In this document: piece after piece, positions 11,052-22,537 of the stretch
Numbering within the stretch: the first letter of the stretch is position 1
How the letters are laid out: the number at the start of each line of letters is the position of its first letter
Source: Squalus acanthias
Taxonomy: Eukaryota
Length of the DNA: 64,000 nt
NCBI GenBank assembly: GCA_030390025.1
Contig: CM059452.1
Location: forward strand, 10,292,001-10,356,000
Direction of reading: 5' to 3'
The notes under the pieces: model-generated
What the model saw: only the letters and a program-made list of their open reading frames with translations
The model's database searches: none
Told to the model about the DNA's origin: nothing
Translations under genes and position numbers: made by a program

Positions 11052-11090
11052 CACCTGAGGAAGGGGCCACGTAAGCTCCGAAAGCTTGTG
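11052..11090 (+). ncRNA. Minimal type I hammerhead ribozyme of Penelope A
   Basis: CAC-CUGAGGA-A-GGGGC(cacguaa)GCUCC-GAAA-GC-UU-GUG. Core boxes are present, helix II and helix I pair, and helix III is the palindrome AAGCUU. Confidence 0.8.
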
Positions 11091-11949
11091 TTTTCAAATA
11101 AAACTGTTGGACTATAACCTGGTGTTGTGCGACTTCTCATTTTGGTCTTATATAAGCAGAGAAAGTACCTAGTGCAGTAATAACTGAGACAGGCCCAGTG
11201 TAATATAAACAGAGACAATGTGTGGTGTTGTAATAAAATGACATGGTTGGCGTCAATTAAACTGCGACAGGGCCCAGTGTTATCTTTGTGGAATGCACTT
11301 GTTAACATTAAGAATGAAGTGCTTTGCACACACACACGAACACAAACACACACACATATATATAATGCTTTGTATGTGCTCTTTTCAGTGTTCCTGTTAA
11401 CCAGATGATAGTTGTGCACTTGGTATCATTAGGAACCTGTGGCAACCCATCAGGCGTTGCTGTGAGATCAGGGTCCCAGGCTCTGTCTAGCACAATAAGT
11501 GGGTCATGCGAAAGCTAAATAGAAAATTCTATGTAATATGAAGAGAGACAGGGTATGGTGCAGTATTAAAAAAGACAGGGTCGAGTGTAATATAAGCAGA
11601 GACATGGTCTAGTGCAGTAATACCGGAGACAGGGCCCAGTGTAATATAAACAGAGACATGGTCTAGAGTAGTAATAACTGAGACAGGGCCTTGTGTAATA
11701 TAAAAAGAGACATGATCTAGTGCAGTAATAACTGAGACAGGGCCGAGTGTGCTATTAACACAGACATAGTCCAGTACTGTGTAACTAAGACATAGTCTCG
11801 TGTAATTTAAACAGGGGCATGGTCTAGTGCAGTAATAAATTATATATGGCCTAATGCAATATAAACAGAGGCATTTTCTATTGCAGTAATAAATGAGATG
11901 GGGCCTAGTATAATATTGACAGAGACAGTGTCTAGTGTAGTAATAATTG

Positions 11950-12960
11950 AGACATTGCTCAGAACTTTAACCTTTGAGACCAGACAGGCCTTGAGCTTCT
12001 CTACCGTATCGGTCCTCAATCACCTGCACAGATACATTGCTCAGAGCTTTAAGCATCCAGAGCAGAAAGGGATAGGGCTGATACACCGTGGGGGGCCTCA
12101 CTCAGCTGCACAGGTACATTGCTGAGATCTTCCTTTCATTTAATCACTTCCATTGTTCTATTTCTTAATTTTAATCTTCTGTTTCTTTTTCTGTTCTTTG
12201 TCTGTTTTATATCTCTATTTATCCCTATGTGTTCTGCTTTTCCTAATGCTCGGTTCGCCCCATTCACTGCAAAACACCCAGATTCCCCCTTTCCCATGTA
12301 CTCTGGTGACACTGTGCAGTCTGTGTGACGTCAGTATGCAGTCTGTGTGTGACGTCAATCTGTGTGACGTGGTCTACGTCTGTGTGACGTTTATCTGCAG
12401 TCTGTATGACGTCAGTCTGCATTCTATGTGTGTGACGTCAGTCTGCATTTTGTGTGTCAGCCTCTCGCGCTCTGTGGTTGAGTGACGTGGCGTGGGCCAC
12501 ATTTGAGTGACGTGCCTTCGTCCATATTTGAGTGACGTACAGGCGGACTTGTTTGATTGACGTACAGTCGGCCTTGTTTGAGTGAGGTATAGCCGGCCTT
12601 GTTTGAGGAAGGTAGAGTCGGCCATGTTTGAGTGATGTGACGTCGGTGATTTAGGCGATATTTGGGTGACGTTTGAATGTCAGCAACCTCCTTCTCGGAG
12701 CTGTTCTGAATATCGATCCATGACTTTAAGGGAAAACAGCTGATCAGAAACAGAAAAGAGGATTCATTCTGTGATTGATCTTTCGGGCCAATTGGATTCT
12801 GCAGTTTGTTTCTCGGCCGCTGCTGGAAACAGTTGGGTGACAGTTTGATCCGAGGTTAATTTGGTTTCCTCTCGGTGTGTGTTTGAGCGCCTGACAGCGC
12901 GCTGCTCATTGTGGCTGCATCTGCCCGCGATTCCACACAACCACAACAGACTGGAGCTCA
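11950..12960. repeat. ~1 kb duplicated non-coding block (paralog ~29345-30440) with TGACGT(CA)-rich short tandem repeats
   Basis: Direct similarity between the two regions; 12780-12950 is nearly identical to 30260-30430. Confidence 0.8.
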
Positions 12961-12978
12961 TCCCTACAGTTCAATGGC

Positions 12979-13017
12979 AGTTTTTGTACGGGGCTGAGAC
13001 TGCTTTCCATCACTGTG
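12979..13017 (-). other. 23-RSS of V7
   Basis: CACAGTG-23 bp-ACAAAAACT. Confidence 0.9.
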
Positions 13018-13480
13018 AGGCTCAGAGCGCAGTAATACACGGCAGCGTCAGTCAGCTGCAGCCCCGAGATGGTTAAACTGGTGAATTTAGTCGAGGTCTT
13101 GAGCTCTACAGAGAAACGGGTTTAGCAAAATCTGCTTTGTCTTCACCAGTGCTCGAGCCTTTCCTCAGTATAAACTCGGGCTGTGTGTCTGGGTGTTGCC
13201 GGTACCAGTATATATGATAGTAGCTCAGTGCAGTATCATAGGTACAGCTTAAAGTCACCGCTTCTCCTTCTGTCTTAACTCCCGGGGACAGCAGCTGAGT
13301 GAGAGAATCTCCAAGACTCAGATCTGAAAAACATGTTCAAACAGGAAAAGATCAGACCGGCGGGTGTTTAAAATTCAGAATCAAAACATATGAGAAATGA
13401 GAGAAAAGATGAAATGAGTTTTCACCACAATTACCTGTCAGAAATGCCCCCCACACAGCCCAGATACTGAGTAGCCGCAT
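13018..13480 (-). pseudogene. TCR alpha/delta V segment V7 with a 1-bp frameshift at ~13120 (may be a sequencing error)
   Basis: Leader MRLLSIWAVWGAFLT (13480-13435). V exon DSLTQ..LSCTY..IYWYRQHPDTQPEFILR..ADFAK, frameshift, then RFSVEL..DAAVYYCALS. Confidence 0.85.
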
Positions 13481-14714
13481 TGTCGCTGTCCGCTCTGTAA
13501 AAGGGGGGTTGGATATTTGAAGACACCCGTTCTAATCCCCGCCCTCAATAATCTGCTGTCGTGTCTCAGGATGCTCTGACCTCACTTCCTCGTGTCCCCA
13601 GTGGTGCTGTGAGACCGGTAGGTGGTGAGCTGGCTGTCAGTGAATGGAAACACCCCGAGCTGGGCTACAGTCAGTGTCCTTATATGGAATGGTTCCGCTT
13701 TACGAGACCGGGGGTGGGAATGAAACCCTGGTCAGGTTATTGTAACCGGGAAGCTCAGGGATTGTTGATGAATTATGGTTTATTCCGAGGTCAATTCTTT
13801 CTCCAGAATTCCGTTAGTTTGACCGTCGGGACACCGATAACCGTGACTCTAGTGAGCTTTCCCTCACGGGTCCATTAACTGGTGAACTATCAATGACTCG
13901 GCATTTTATCGGAGTGATTTATAGATCCGTGATATTAGAACGATGATATCTGCTGTTACTGAACAAACAATTGAAGGGACATGAAGAATAAGCTCTCCCT
14001 GTAATTTAAGCAGTGTTTCAAGCACCGTCCCCTTCTGTGGTTTGCATTCAAAATGTTTTTAGTTATATCTGGTGAATTGGGGCCATTTTTGTGCCTGTAA
14101 TGATTAATTTTAGGATCCCTAATTTTCAGATTTTGGATTTGCAATGAGAGAGAATGGAGGGAGCGGCGCTTTTCAGCAACTTACCGCTCATCTGCTTAAA
14201 GTGCCCGGGAGCAGAGTGGTGGGACCGGGGTCAAACCCCCAGGGTGAGGTGTCGGGCGGGATCTCATTAACAAGAGCTCAACACCAGCAGGACATGAAAA
14301 ACTGTCCTTACAACTTTCACTCATATTAGAAAAGGATGTGGCGCCGAAAAAGAAACAAACAACAGGCGGTTTCTCTTTCGCTCTTTTAACATCGATCTCC
14401 ACCATCGGTGCAGTTAATGGCTTCAGAAATCAGATCTTAGGCTGTGTCTTTCACTCACATTTTAATATTCCTTTCCCCATCTTCCACATACGTCCACTTA
14501 CTTGTCCTGCCCATTGGTTAGTTTCAGAATTATATCCTTCCATATGATGGATGACCTTTGTGATGATTATTGCCCGACGTACCGAGCCAGTCCATTGTGG
14601 CACGTGGTTTCAAATGTTGATCTTGAATTCATTCCAACATTTGCACAACAATTCGAGAAACAACATTTAACTCAAAGCCCCGGGGTCTGAGCCACAAAAG
14701 GAATATTGTGACCT

Positions 14715-14729
14715 GACGCCCTCTGGTGG
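14715..14729 (-). promoter_or_regulatory. CTCF-binding motif
   Basis: Reverse complement reads CCACCAGAGGGCGTC. Confidence 0.6.
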
Positions 14730-14778
14730 ATAATCTTAGAACTGTTCAGATGCCGGTGCACAGGATGTGAGAAATTTC

Positions 14779-14890
14779 GGCCCAGAAATTCGTCCCGGGC
14801 AGTGGCGCAAGACGGGCGGTATCGGATCGGCCGCCGGTTATACGCAGCGCCTGTTATTCGGTTCCATGGGCCGAGACGAATTTCTGGGCC
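14779..14890. mobile_element. MITE-like element with 16-bp perfect terminal inverted repeats
   Basis: GGCCCAGAAATTCGTC ... GACGAATTTCTGGGCC. No clear TSD. Confidence 0.6.
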
Positions 14891-15284
14891 ATTGCGTTTA
14901 TTGACTGCCCTGTCTGCAGTTCCTGTTTTTGGGAAACTGAATTGGAGCGGTTCTGAATGAATATGCCGAGCAGCAGCAAAGTATTTACATAGTTAAACTA
15001 AACACTGGAAGAAGGAAATTCATATCATTATGGGTAAAGAGTGGAGACAGGGTATGAGAAGGGACAGGGAGGCACGGAAAGAGCATCGAAAGACAAAAGG
15101 CGCCGCAGATGCCTTTGCGCAATGTATTTTTGTTATAAATGCGAGTTAAAATCACCAACTAATATAATTCCGCCGGTGGACCTCACCGGTTCTTGTTGAG
15201 AGTTGTGTTTTATTGCCCGATTAAGAAGGTCCCTGTGACTCTCACTGTGGAGGCTGAATTATTGATGCTGTTTATCGGGGTGAG

Positions 15285-15299
15285 AGCGCCCTCTGGTGA
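15285..15299 (-). promoter_or_regulatory. CTCF-binding motif ~25 bp beyond the V8 nonamer
   Basis: Reverse complement reads TCACCAGAGGGCGCT. Confidence 0.7.
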
Positions 15300-15323
15300 G
15301 CACTACCTGGAACTCTCGGTGTG

Positions 15324-15363
15324 GGTTTTTGTGCGGGAGCCGCTATATCTCTGCGGCAGTGTG
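15324..15363 (-). other. RSS of V8 (24-bp spacer)
   Basis: CACACTG-24 bp-ACAAAAACC. Confidence 0.85.
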
Positions 15364-15831
15364 GGGCTCATGGCACAGAAATACACGGCGGTGTCGGAGA
15401 TCAGGGCTTTGCCGATCGTTAGCTCGGTAATCTTGGTAGTTCGATTGAACGTAGGAGAGAATCGGTCAGTGAAGTCAGCATTCCGGTTTACTATCGCTCC
15501 ATAGAGCATGTACTGTGGTGTCTGCCCGAGGTTCTGACTGTACCAGAATACAGAAGGGTGAGGATCGCTGGTTTTCAAGGTGCAGGTTAGTGTGACATTC
15601 CTTTCCTCTTCAACCGTCATTTCGGGAATCGGCTGTTCCACTGTGTCTTGGTGGCTCCATTCTAAGATTAAATAATAGTAATAGTCATTATCACATTATC
15701 ATCTTCATCATCATTTCAACAATAATAACACCAGGGCTGCAGCAGTCAGGGGAGAATGGATGTTTACTGGGAAGGAAATACTTACTGAGAAGTGATATAA
15801 TGATGAGGAGCGGTGCGAGACGGTTCCACAT
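15364..15831 (-). CDS. TCR alpha/delta V segment V8, apparently intact (leader 15831-15786, V exon 15661-15364)
   Basis: Leader MWNRLAPLLIIISLL|GTAAG. V exon DTVEQPIPE..LTCTL..VFWYSQ..DTAVYFCAMS, followed by an RSS. Confidence 0.9.
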
Positions 15832-16437
15832 GACGCTCCCTGAGTCTGTAACTCTGCAGTCCTGGAAATCCTCTGTCGGAGCTGAAATACAGATCCCCGC
15901 CCCACTGCACTGCTGATCCAACCAATGCCAAACAGGGAACAGCGGCAGCAATCTCTCCAATAACACAGGGCAGGCAAGGCGGGTCAGAGCGAGAGCAGCA
16001 AACGGAAGCTGTGGGCGGGGCTGCCGCGGGCAGTGTTGTCACACGTAGGATCCACCTGTGAGGAACTGAATTCAATAATAATGGCCCCATCGGAAATTAT
16101 ACAACTCTGCCTTTATATAAGGGCTGCGTCACTTTCACATTCGGGTCAAGCAGATTGGCGTCTGGAATTTCAAACTTATTTTATTATTCGATAGTTGCCA
16201 AAGTCTTCAACAGTGAAGTGGGTTAAAACCCGGGGCTGAAACTAGCGGTGGGAAGTAGAAAAAAAACTGTAAGGAAATTATAAAATTAATGAGTAGAAAT
16301 GTGAAATAAAAAGGAATTTCACCTTAATTTATGTTGAGAAATATAACTGCGGATTGACCACCGCCCTTTGCCTGAACTGGTCGATTACGGGACCGATTTG
16401 ACTGTCAACCAATCTACCCAGGCTTTGCTCAGAGAGG

Positions 16438-16961
16438 AGATATTGTAGGAGAGCGGGGCCTTTCCCCCACACTGTGGCCCACGGCACAGTAATAGATTCC
16501 TGTATCTGCCAACTCTGCCTGGTCGATGCCGAGTGTGCTCAGACTTTGATCCCGGTCGATGTGGATCTTAAACTGGCCTTGGTGGCGCTCTCCTTTGAAT
16601 CTACAATGGATGTACCCCGGGGCATCGCTCACCAGTCGGCTGTACCAACAGGTGTTGTCAGTGTTGCTGAACCCGCACTGGATCCTGACGGGGTTTCCTT
16701 CCACTGCGAACTCTCGGGCAGGTTGAGAAATCTGGGCCAAACTCGGAGCATCTTTGGACACAATTTAAGAATTACACAGAATGTACAGCAAAGAAACAGG
16801 TCATTCGTCCCAACTAGTCTATACCTGTCATTATGCTCCACACGAGTCTCCTCCCAACTCCACTGACATTGAAAAACAGCAGTTTATAGAGCAGAATCAT
16901 TAAAACCAGTTAGGTAATACTCACATGATAATTAGAGCAGGAAGAGGTGAATATCCCCCAT
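16438..16961 (-). pseudogene. TCR V segment V9: V exon open with two extra Cys; candidate leader has an in-frame stop; 23-RSS at 16438-16476
   Basis: QISQPAREFAVEGNPVRIQCGF..TCWYSR..IHCR..DTGIYYCAVG. RSS CACAGTG-23-ACAATATCT. Leader MGDIHLFLL*LS|GTGAGT. Confidence 0.78.
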
Positions 16962-17494
16962 GACTGATTTATACTGTTTACTCAAAGCTCCGTCTCACTC
17001 TGTATTAAAGCTGGCGGTGATTATTGAAGGCTGCAACTTGCCCAGACTCCATGAGACCGCGCTCTCTGCTTCTGCATAACTTCCCTGCAATAGTTCAGGA
17101 GCCAGGAGACATCACGATAGAAGGCCACGGTTTCTCACCTCAGTTTCGCTGTCAGTCATACGGGATCTGCTAGAGTTAATGTCAGTGACAGTCTCACATC
17201 TTCTGCTTCAGCTGAAACTCAATCGGTCATCAATATATCGATTACTTTGCCCAGCTGGCTCCCGTAATCAGAAGGAGCACATTGGACCTGTGCTAGTTCT
17301 CCGAGGAAACTGTTCACTCAGTCCAATTCTTCTCCTCTTTCACTACACACGTGAGTTTCTTTTTCAAATATTAACCTATTAACATTTTAAACGGTATTAT
17401 GGATTCAGCTTCCTCCCGGCTTTTGGTTGGGAATTTTATGTCCCAACAATCCTCTGAGTCAAAAAAAGAACCTTCGTTCTCATGGTAGGGATCG

Positions 17495-18565
17495 TAGCAC
17501 TGAGTACAGTAATACAGCGAGACACCAGCAGAGAGAGATAGATAAAGGTGTAACTGAGCACACTGATACAGAGACACCAACAGAGGGAGATAGATAAAGG
17601 TGTGACAGAATATAGTGCAATTGAGAGACAACAACAGAGGGAGATAGATAAAGGTGTGACTGAGCACAGTGATACAGAGACACCAACAGAGGGAGATAGA
17701 TAAAGGTGTGACAGAATATAGTGCAATTGAGAGACAACAACAGAGGGAGAGAAATAAAGCTGTGACTGAGCACAGTGATACAGAGAGACACTAACAGAGG
17801 GAGATAGATAAAGGTGTGACTGAGCACACTGATACAGAGACACCAACAGAGAGAGATAGATAAAGGTGTGACTGAGCACACTGATACAAAGAGACACCAA
17901 CAGAGAGAGATAGATAAAGGTGTGACTGAGCACAGTGATAAAGAGAGACACCAACAGAGGGAGAGAGATAAAGGTGTGACAGAATATAGTGCAACTGAGA
18001 GACAACAACAGAGGGAGATAGATAAAGGTGTGACTGAGCACAGTGATACAGAGAGACAACAACAGAGGGAGAGAGATAAAGGTGGGTCTGAGCACACTGA
18101 TACAGAGAGACATCAACAGAGGGAGAGAGATAAAAGTGTGACTGAGCACAGTGATACAGAGACACCAACAGAGGGAGAGAGATAAAGGTGTGACAGAATA
18201 TAGTGCAACTGAGAGACAACAACAGAGGGAGATAGATAAAGGTGTGACTGAGCACACTGATACAGAGAGACATCAACAGAGGGAGAGAGATAAAGGTGGG
18301 ACTGAGCACACTGATACAGAGAGACATCAACAGAGGGAGAGAGATAAAGGTGTGACAGAATATAGTGCAACTGAGAGACACCAACAGAGGGAGAGAGATA
18401 AAGGTGTGACTGAGCACAGTGATACAGAGAGACACCAACAGAGGGAGATAGATAAAGGTGTGACTGAGCACAGTGATACAGAGAGACACCAACAGAGGTA
18501 GATAGACAAAGGTGTGACTGAATACAGTGATAAAAGACACCAACAGAGACAGATAGATACATTTG
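17495..18565. repeat. Minisatellite with a ~52-57 bp purine-rich unit
   Basis: Unit CAGAGGGAGATAGATAAAGGTGTGACTGAGCACAGTGATACAGAGAGACACCAA, with an alternating variant unit. Confidence 0.95.
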
Positions 18566-18568
18566 TGC

Positions 18569-21500
18569 GAAACACTGAGTGTGAGCGGCCCGGTGTGAGC
18601 TCAGAGACAGTGTGAGCTGGTGTCAGTGAGAAACACTGAGTGTGGGCTGCCCGGTGTGAGCTCAGAGACAGTGTGAGCTGGTGTCAGTGAGAAAAATGGG
18701 CCGAAAAATGGCAGATGGAATTTAACCCTGATAAGTGCGAGGTGATTCATTTTGGTAGGGCAAATTTGAATAAGGATTACAGGGTCAACGGCAGGGTTCT
18801 GAGGAACGTGGAGGAGCAGAGGGATCTGGGGGTTCATATCCACAGATCTCTGAAGGTTGCCACTCAAGTGGATAGAGCAGTAAAGAAGGCCTATGGTGTG
18901 TTAGCGTTTATTAACAGAGGGTTTGAGTTTAAGAACCGTGAGGTTATGCTGCAACTGTACAGGACCTTGGTGAGACCACATTTGGAATATTGTGTGCAGT
19001 TCTGGTCACCTCACTATAGGAAGGACGTAGAAGCATTGGAAAGAGTGCAAAGGAGATTTACCAGGATGCTGCCTGGTTTGGGGGGGAGGTCTTATGACGA
19101 AAGATTGAGGGAGTTGGGGCTTTTCTCTTTAGAGCGGAGGAGGATGAGAGGCGACTTAATAGAGGTTTATAAGATGATGAGGGGGATAGATAGAGTGGAT
19201 GTTCAGAGACTATTTCCTCGGGTAGAGGCAGCTGTTACAAGGGGGCATAACTATAAGGTGCATGGGGGGAGATATAGAAGGGATGTCCGAGGTAGATTCT
19301 TTACTCAGAGAGTGGTTGGGGTGTGGAATGGACTGCCTGCTGTGATAGTGGAGTCGGACACTTTAGGAACTTTCAAGCGGTTATTGGATAAGCACATGGA
19401 GCACAGCAGAGTGATAGGGAGTGTGATAGCTTGATCTTGGTCTCGGACAATGCTCGGCACAACATCGAGGGCCGAAGGGCCTGTACTGTGCTGTACTGTT
19501 CTATGTTCTATGTTAAACACAGAGTGTGGGCGGCCCGGTGTGAGCTCAGAGACAGTGTGAGCTGGTGTCAGTGAGAAACACTGAGTGTAGGCGGCCCGGT
19601 GTGAGCTCAGAGACAGTGTGAGCTGGTGTCAGTGAAACACTGAGTGTGAGCGGCCCGGTGTGAGCTCAGCGACACTGTGAGCTGGTGTCAGTGAGAAACA
19701 CTGAGTGTGAGCGGCCCGGTGTGAGCTCAGAGACCGTGTGAGCTGGTGTCAGTGAGAAACACTGAGAGTGGGCGGCCCGGTGTGAGTTCAGAGACAGTGT
19801 GAGCTGGTGTCAGTGAGAAACACTGAGTGTGAGCGGCCCGGTGTGAGCTCAGCGACACTGTGAGCTGGTGTCAGTGAGAAACACTGAGTGTGAGCGGCCC
19901 GGTGTGAGCTCAGAGACAGTGTGAACTGGTGTCAGTGAGACACTGAGTGTGGGCGGCCCGGTGTGAGCTCAGAGACAGTGTGAGCTGGTGTCAGTGAGAA
20001 ACACTGACGGTGGGCGGCCCGGTGTGAGCTCAGAGACAGTGTGAGCTGGTGTCAGTGAGACACTGAGTGTGGGCGGCCCGGTGTGAGCTCCGGGACAGTG
20101 TGAGCTGGTGTTACTGAGAAACACTGAGTGTGGGCGGCCCGGTGTGAGCTCAGAGACAGTGTGAGCTGGTGTCAGTGAGAAACACTGACTGTGGGCGGCC
20201 CGGTGTGAGCTCAGAGACAGTGTGAGCTGGTGTCAGTGAGAAACACTGACTGTGGGCGGCCCGGTGTGAGCTCAGAGACAGTGTGAGCTGGTGTCAGTGA
20301 GAAACACTGAGTGTGAGCGGCCCTGGTGTGAGCTCAGAGACAGTGTGAGCTGGTGTCAGTGAGAAACACTGAGTGTGGGCGGCCCGGTGTGAGCTCAGAG
20401 ACAGTGTGAGCTGTTGTCAGTGAGAAACACTGAGTGTGAGCGACCCGGTGTGAGCTCAGAGACAGTGTGAGCTGGTGTCAGTGAGACTCTGAGTGTGAGC
20501 GGCCCGGTGTGAGCTCAGCGATACTGTGAGCTGGTGTCAGTGAGACACTGAGTGTGAGCGACCCGGTGTGAGCTCAGAGACAGTGTGAGCTGTTGTCAGT
20601 GAGAAACACTGAGTGTGGGCGGCCCGGTGTGAGCTCAGAGACAGTGTGAGCTGGTGTCAGTGAGACTCTGAGTGTGAGCGGCCCGGTGTGAGCTCAGAGA
20701 CAGTGTGAGCTGGTGTCAGTGAGAAACACTGAGTGTGGGCGGCCCGGTGTGAGCTCAGAGACAGTGTGAGCTGGTGTCAGTGAGAAACACTGAGTGTGAG
20801 CGGCCCGGTGTGAGCTCAGAGACAGTGTGAGCTGGTGTCAGTGAGACTCTGAGTGTGGGCGGCCCGGTGTGAGCTCAGAGACAGTGTGAACTGGTGTCAG
20901 TGAGAAACACTGAGTGTGAGCGGCCCGGTGTGAGCTCAGAGACAGTGTGAGCTGGTGTCAGTGAGACTCTGAGTGTGGGCGGCCCGGTGTGAGCTCAGAG
21001 ACAGTGTGAGCTGGTGTCAGTGAGACTCTGAGTGTGGGCGGCCCGGTGTGAGCTCAGAGACAGTGTGAGCTGGTGTCAGTGAGACTCTGAGTGTGGGCGG
21101 CCCGGTGTGAGCTCAGAGACAGTGTGAGCTGGTGTCAGTGAGACTCTGAGTGTGAGCGGCCCGGTGTGAGCTCAGAGACAGTGTGAGCTGGTGTCAGTGA
21201 AACACAGAGTGTGAGCGACCCGGTTTGAGCTCAGAGACAGTGTGAGCTGGTGTCAGTGAGACTCTGAGTGTGGGCGGCCCGGTGTGAGCTCAGAGACAGT
21301 GTGAGCTGGTGTCAGTGAGACTCTGAGTGCGAGCGGCCCGGTGTGAGCTCAGAGACAGTGTGAGCTGGTGTCAGTGAGACTCTGAGTGTGAGCGGCCCGG
21401 TGTGAGCTCAGAGACAGTGTGAGCTGGTGTCAGTGAGACACTGAGTGTGAGCGGCCTGGTGTGAGCTCAGAGACAGTGTGAGCTGGTGTCAGTGAGACAC

Positions 21501-22360
21501 ACTGAGAGTGGGCGGCCCGGTGTGAGCTCAGAGACAGTGTGTGCTGGTGTCAGTGAGACACTGAGTGTGAGCGGCCTGGTGTGAGCTCAGAGACAGTGTG
21601 AGCTGGTGTCAGTGAGAAACACTGAGTGTGGGCGGCCCGGTGTGAGCTCAGAGACAGTGTGAGCTGGTGTCAGTGAGACACTGAGTGTGAGCGGCCTGGT
21701 GTGAGCTCAGAGACAGTGTGAGCTGGTGTCAGTGAGAAACACTGAGTGTGGGCGGCCCGGTATGAGCTCAGAGACAGTGTGAGCTGGTGTCAGTGAGACA
21801 CTGAGTGTGAGCGCCCTGGTGTGAGCTCAGAGACAGTGTGAGCTGGTGTCAGTGAGAAACACTGAGTGTGAGCGGCCCGGTGTGAGCTCAGAGACAGTGT
21901 GAGCTGGTGTCAGTGAGAAACACTGACTGTGGGCGGCCCGGTGTGAGCTCAGAGACAGTGTGAGCTGGTGTCAGTGAGACACTGACTGTGGGCGGCCCGG
22001 TGTGAGCTCAGAGACAGTGTGAGCTGGTGTCAGTGAGAAACACTGAGTGTGGGCGGCCGGTGTGAGCTCAGAGACAGTGTGAGCTGGTGTCAGTGAGAAA
22101 CACTGAGTGTGGGCGGCCCGGTGTGAGCTCAGGGACAGTGTGAGCTGGTGTCAGTGAGAAACACTGAGTGTGGGCGGCCCGGTGTGAGCTCAGAGACAGT
22201 GTGAGCTGGTGTCAGTGAGACACTGAGTGTGGGCGGCCCGGTGTGAGCTCAGAGACAGTGTGAGCTGGTGTCAGTGAGAACACTGAGTGTGGGCGGCCCG
22301 GTGTGAGCTCAGAGACAGTGTGAGCTGGTGTCAGTGAGACTCTGAGTGTGGGCGGCCCGG
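18569..22360. repeat. Minisatellite with a 59-61 bp unit, interrupted by CR1
   Basis: Unit AAACACTGAGTGTGGGCGGCCCGGTGTGAGCTCAGAGACAGTGTGAGCTGGTGTCAGTGAG, roughly 50 copies. Confidence 0.97.
18694..19514 (+). mobile_element. 5'-truncated CR1 LINE (ORF2 C-terminus and 3' tail)
   Basis: WQMEFNPDKCEVIHFG..LYRTLVRPHLEYCVQFWSP..FFTQRVVGVWN; (TTCTATG)n tail. Confidence 0.95.
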
Positions 22361-22537
22361 GGTTTTTAAAGCCCGAGACGCAGCAGGTTTCGTCAGTTCG
22401 ACAGGAAGAAGCCTCTGAGTTGGACATGAATGGGAGTTTGTCTGCTTGCTAATTCTCCTGAATATAATATCAGAGTCCTGGTTCTAACCCGACCTCTGTG
22501 TACAATTCTTTCAGCCTCCTTTTCATCTGATCGGATA

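Larger units (their letters stand above)
9250..11147 (+). mobile_element. Penelope-like retroelement copy A, 5'-truncated: RT plus GIY-YIG endonuclease and 3' terminal region
   Basis: GTAMGTKFAPQYAN, RYIDD, FLD, LYRKPT, then C-x-x-C, NVVYLI..WYIGET..LRQRMNGH, EHF and GLNRD; stop at 10738. Confidence 0.93.
8990..11960. repeat. ~27/54-bp minisatellite, split by the Penelope insertion (9250-11147)
   Basis: Unit ~CAGAGACATGGTCTAGTGCAGTAATAACTGAGACAGGGCCCAGTGTAATATAAA, present on both sides of the element. Confidence 0.8.

Noticed and set aside
17371-18575. Long ORFs (up to 273 aa) on both strands
   Set aside because: They are translations of the tandem repeat.
18569-22360. CRISPR-like regular repeats
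   Set aside because: There are no unique spacers or cas genes and the context is eukaryotic; this is a minisatellite.
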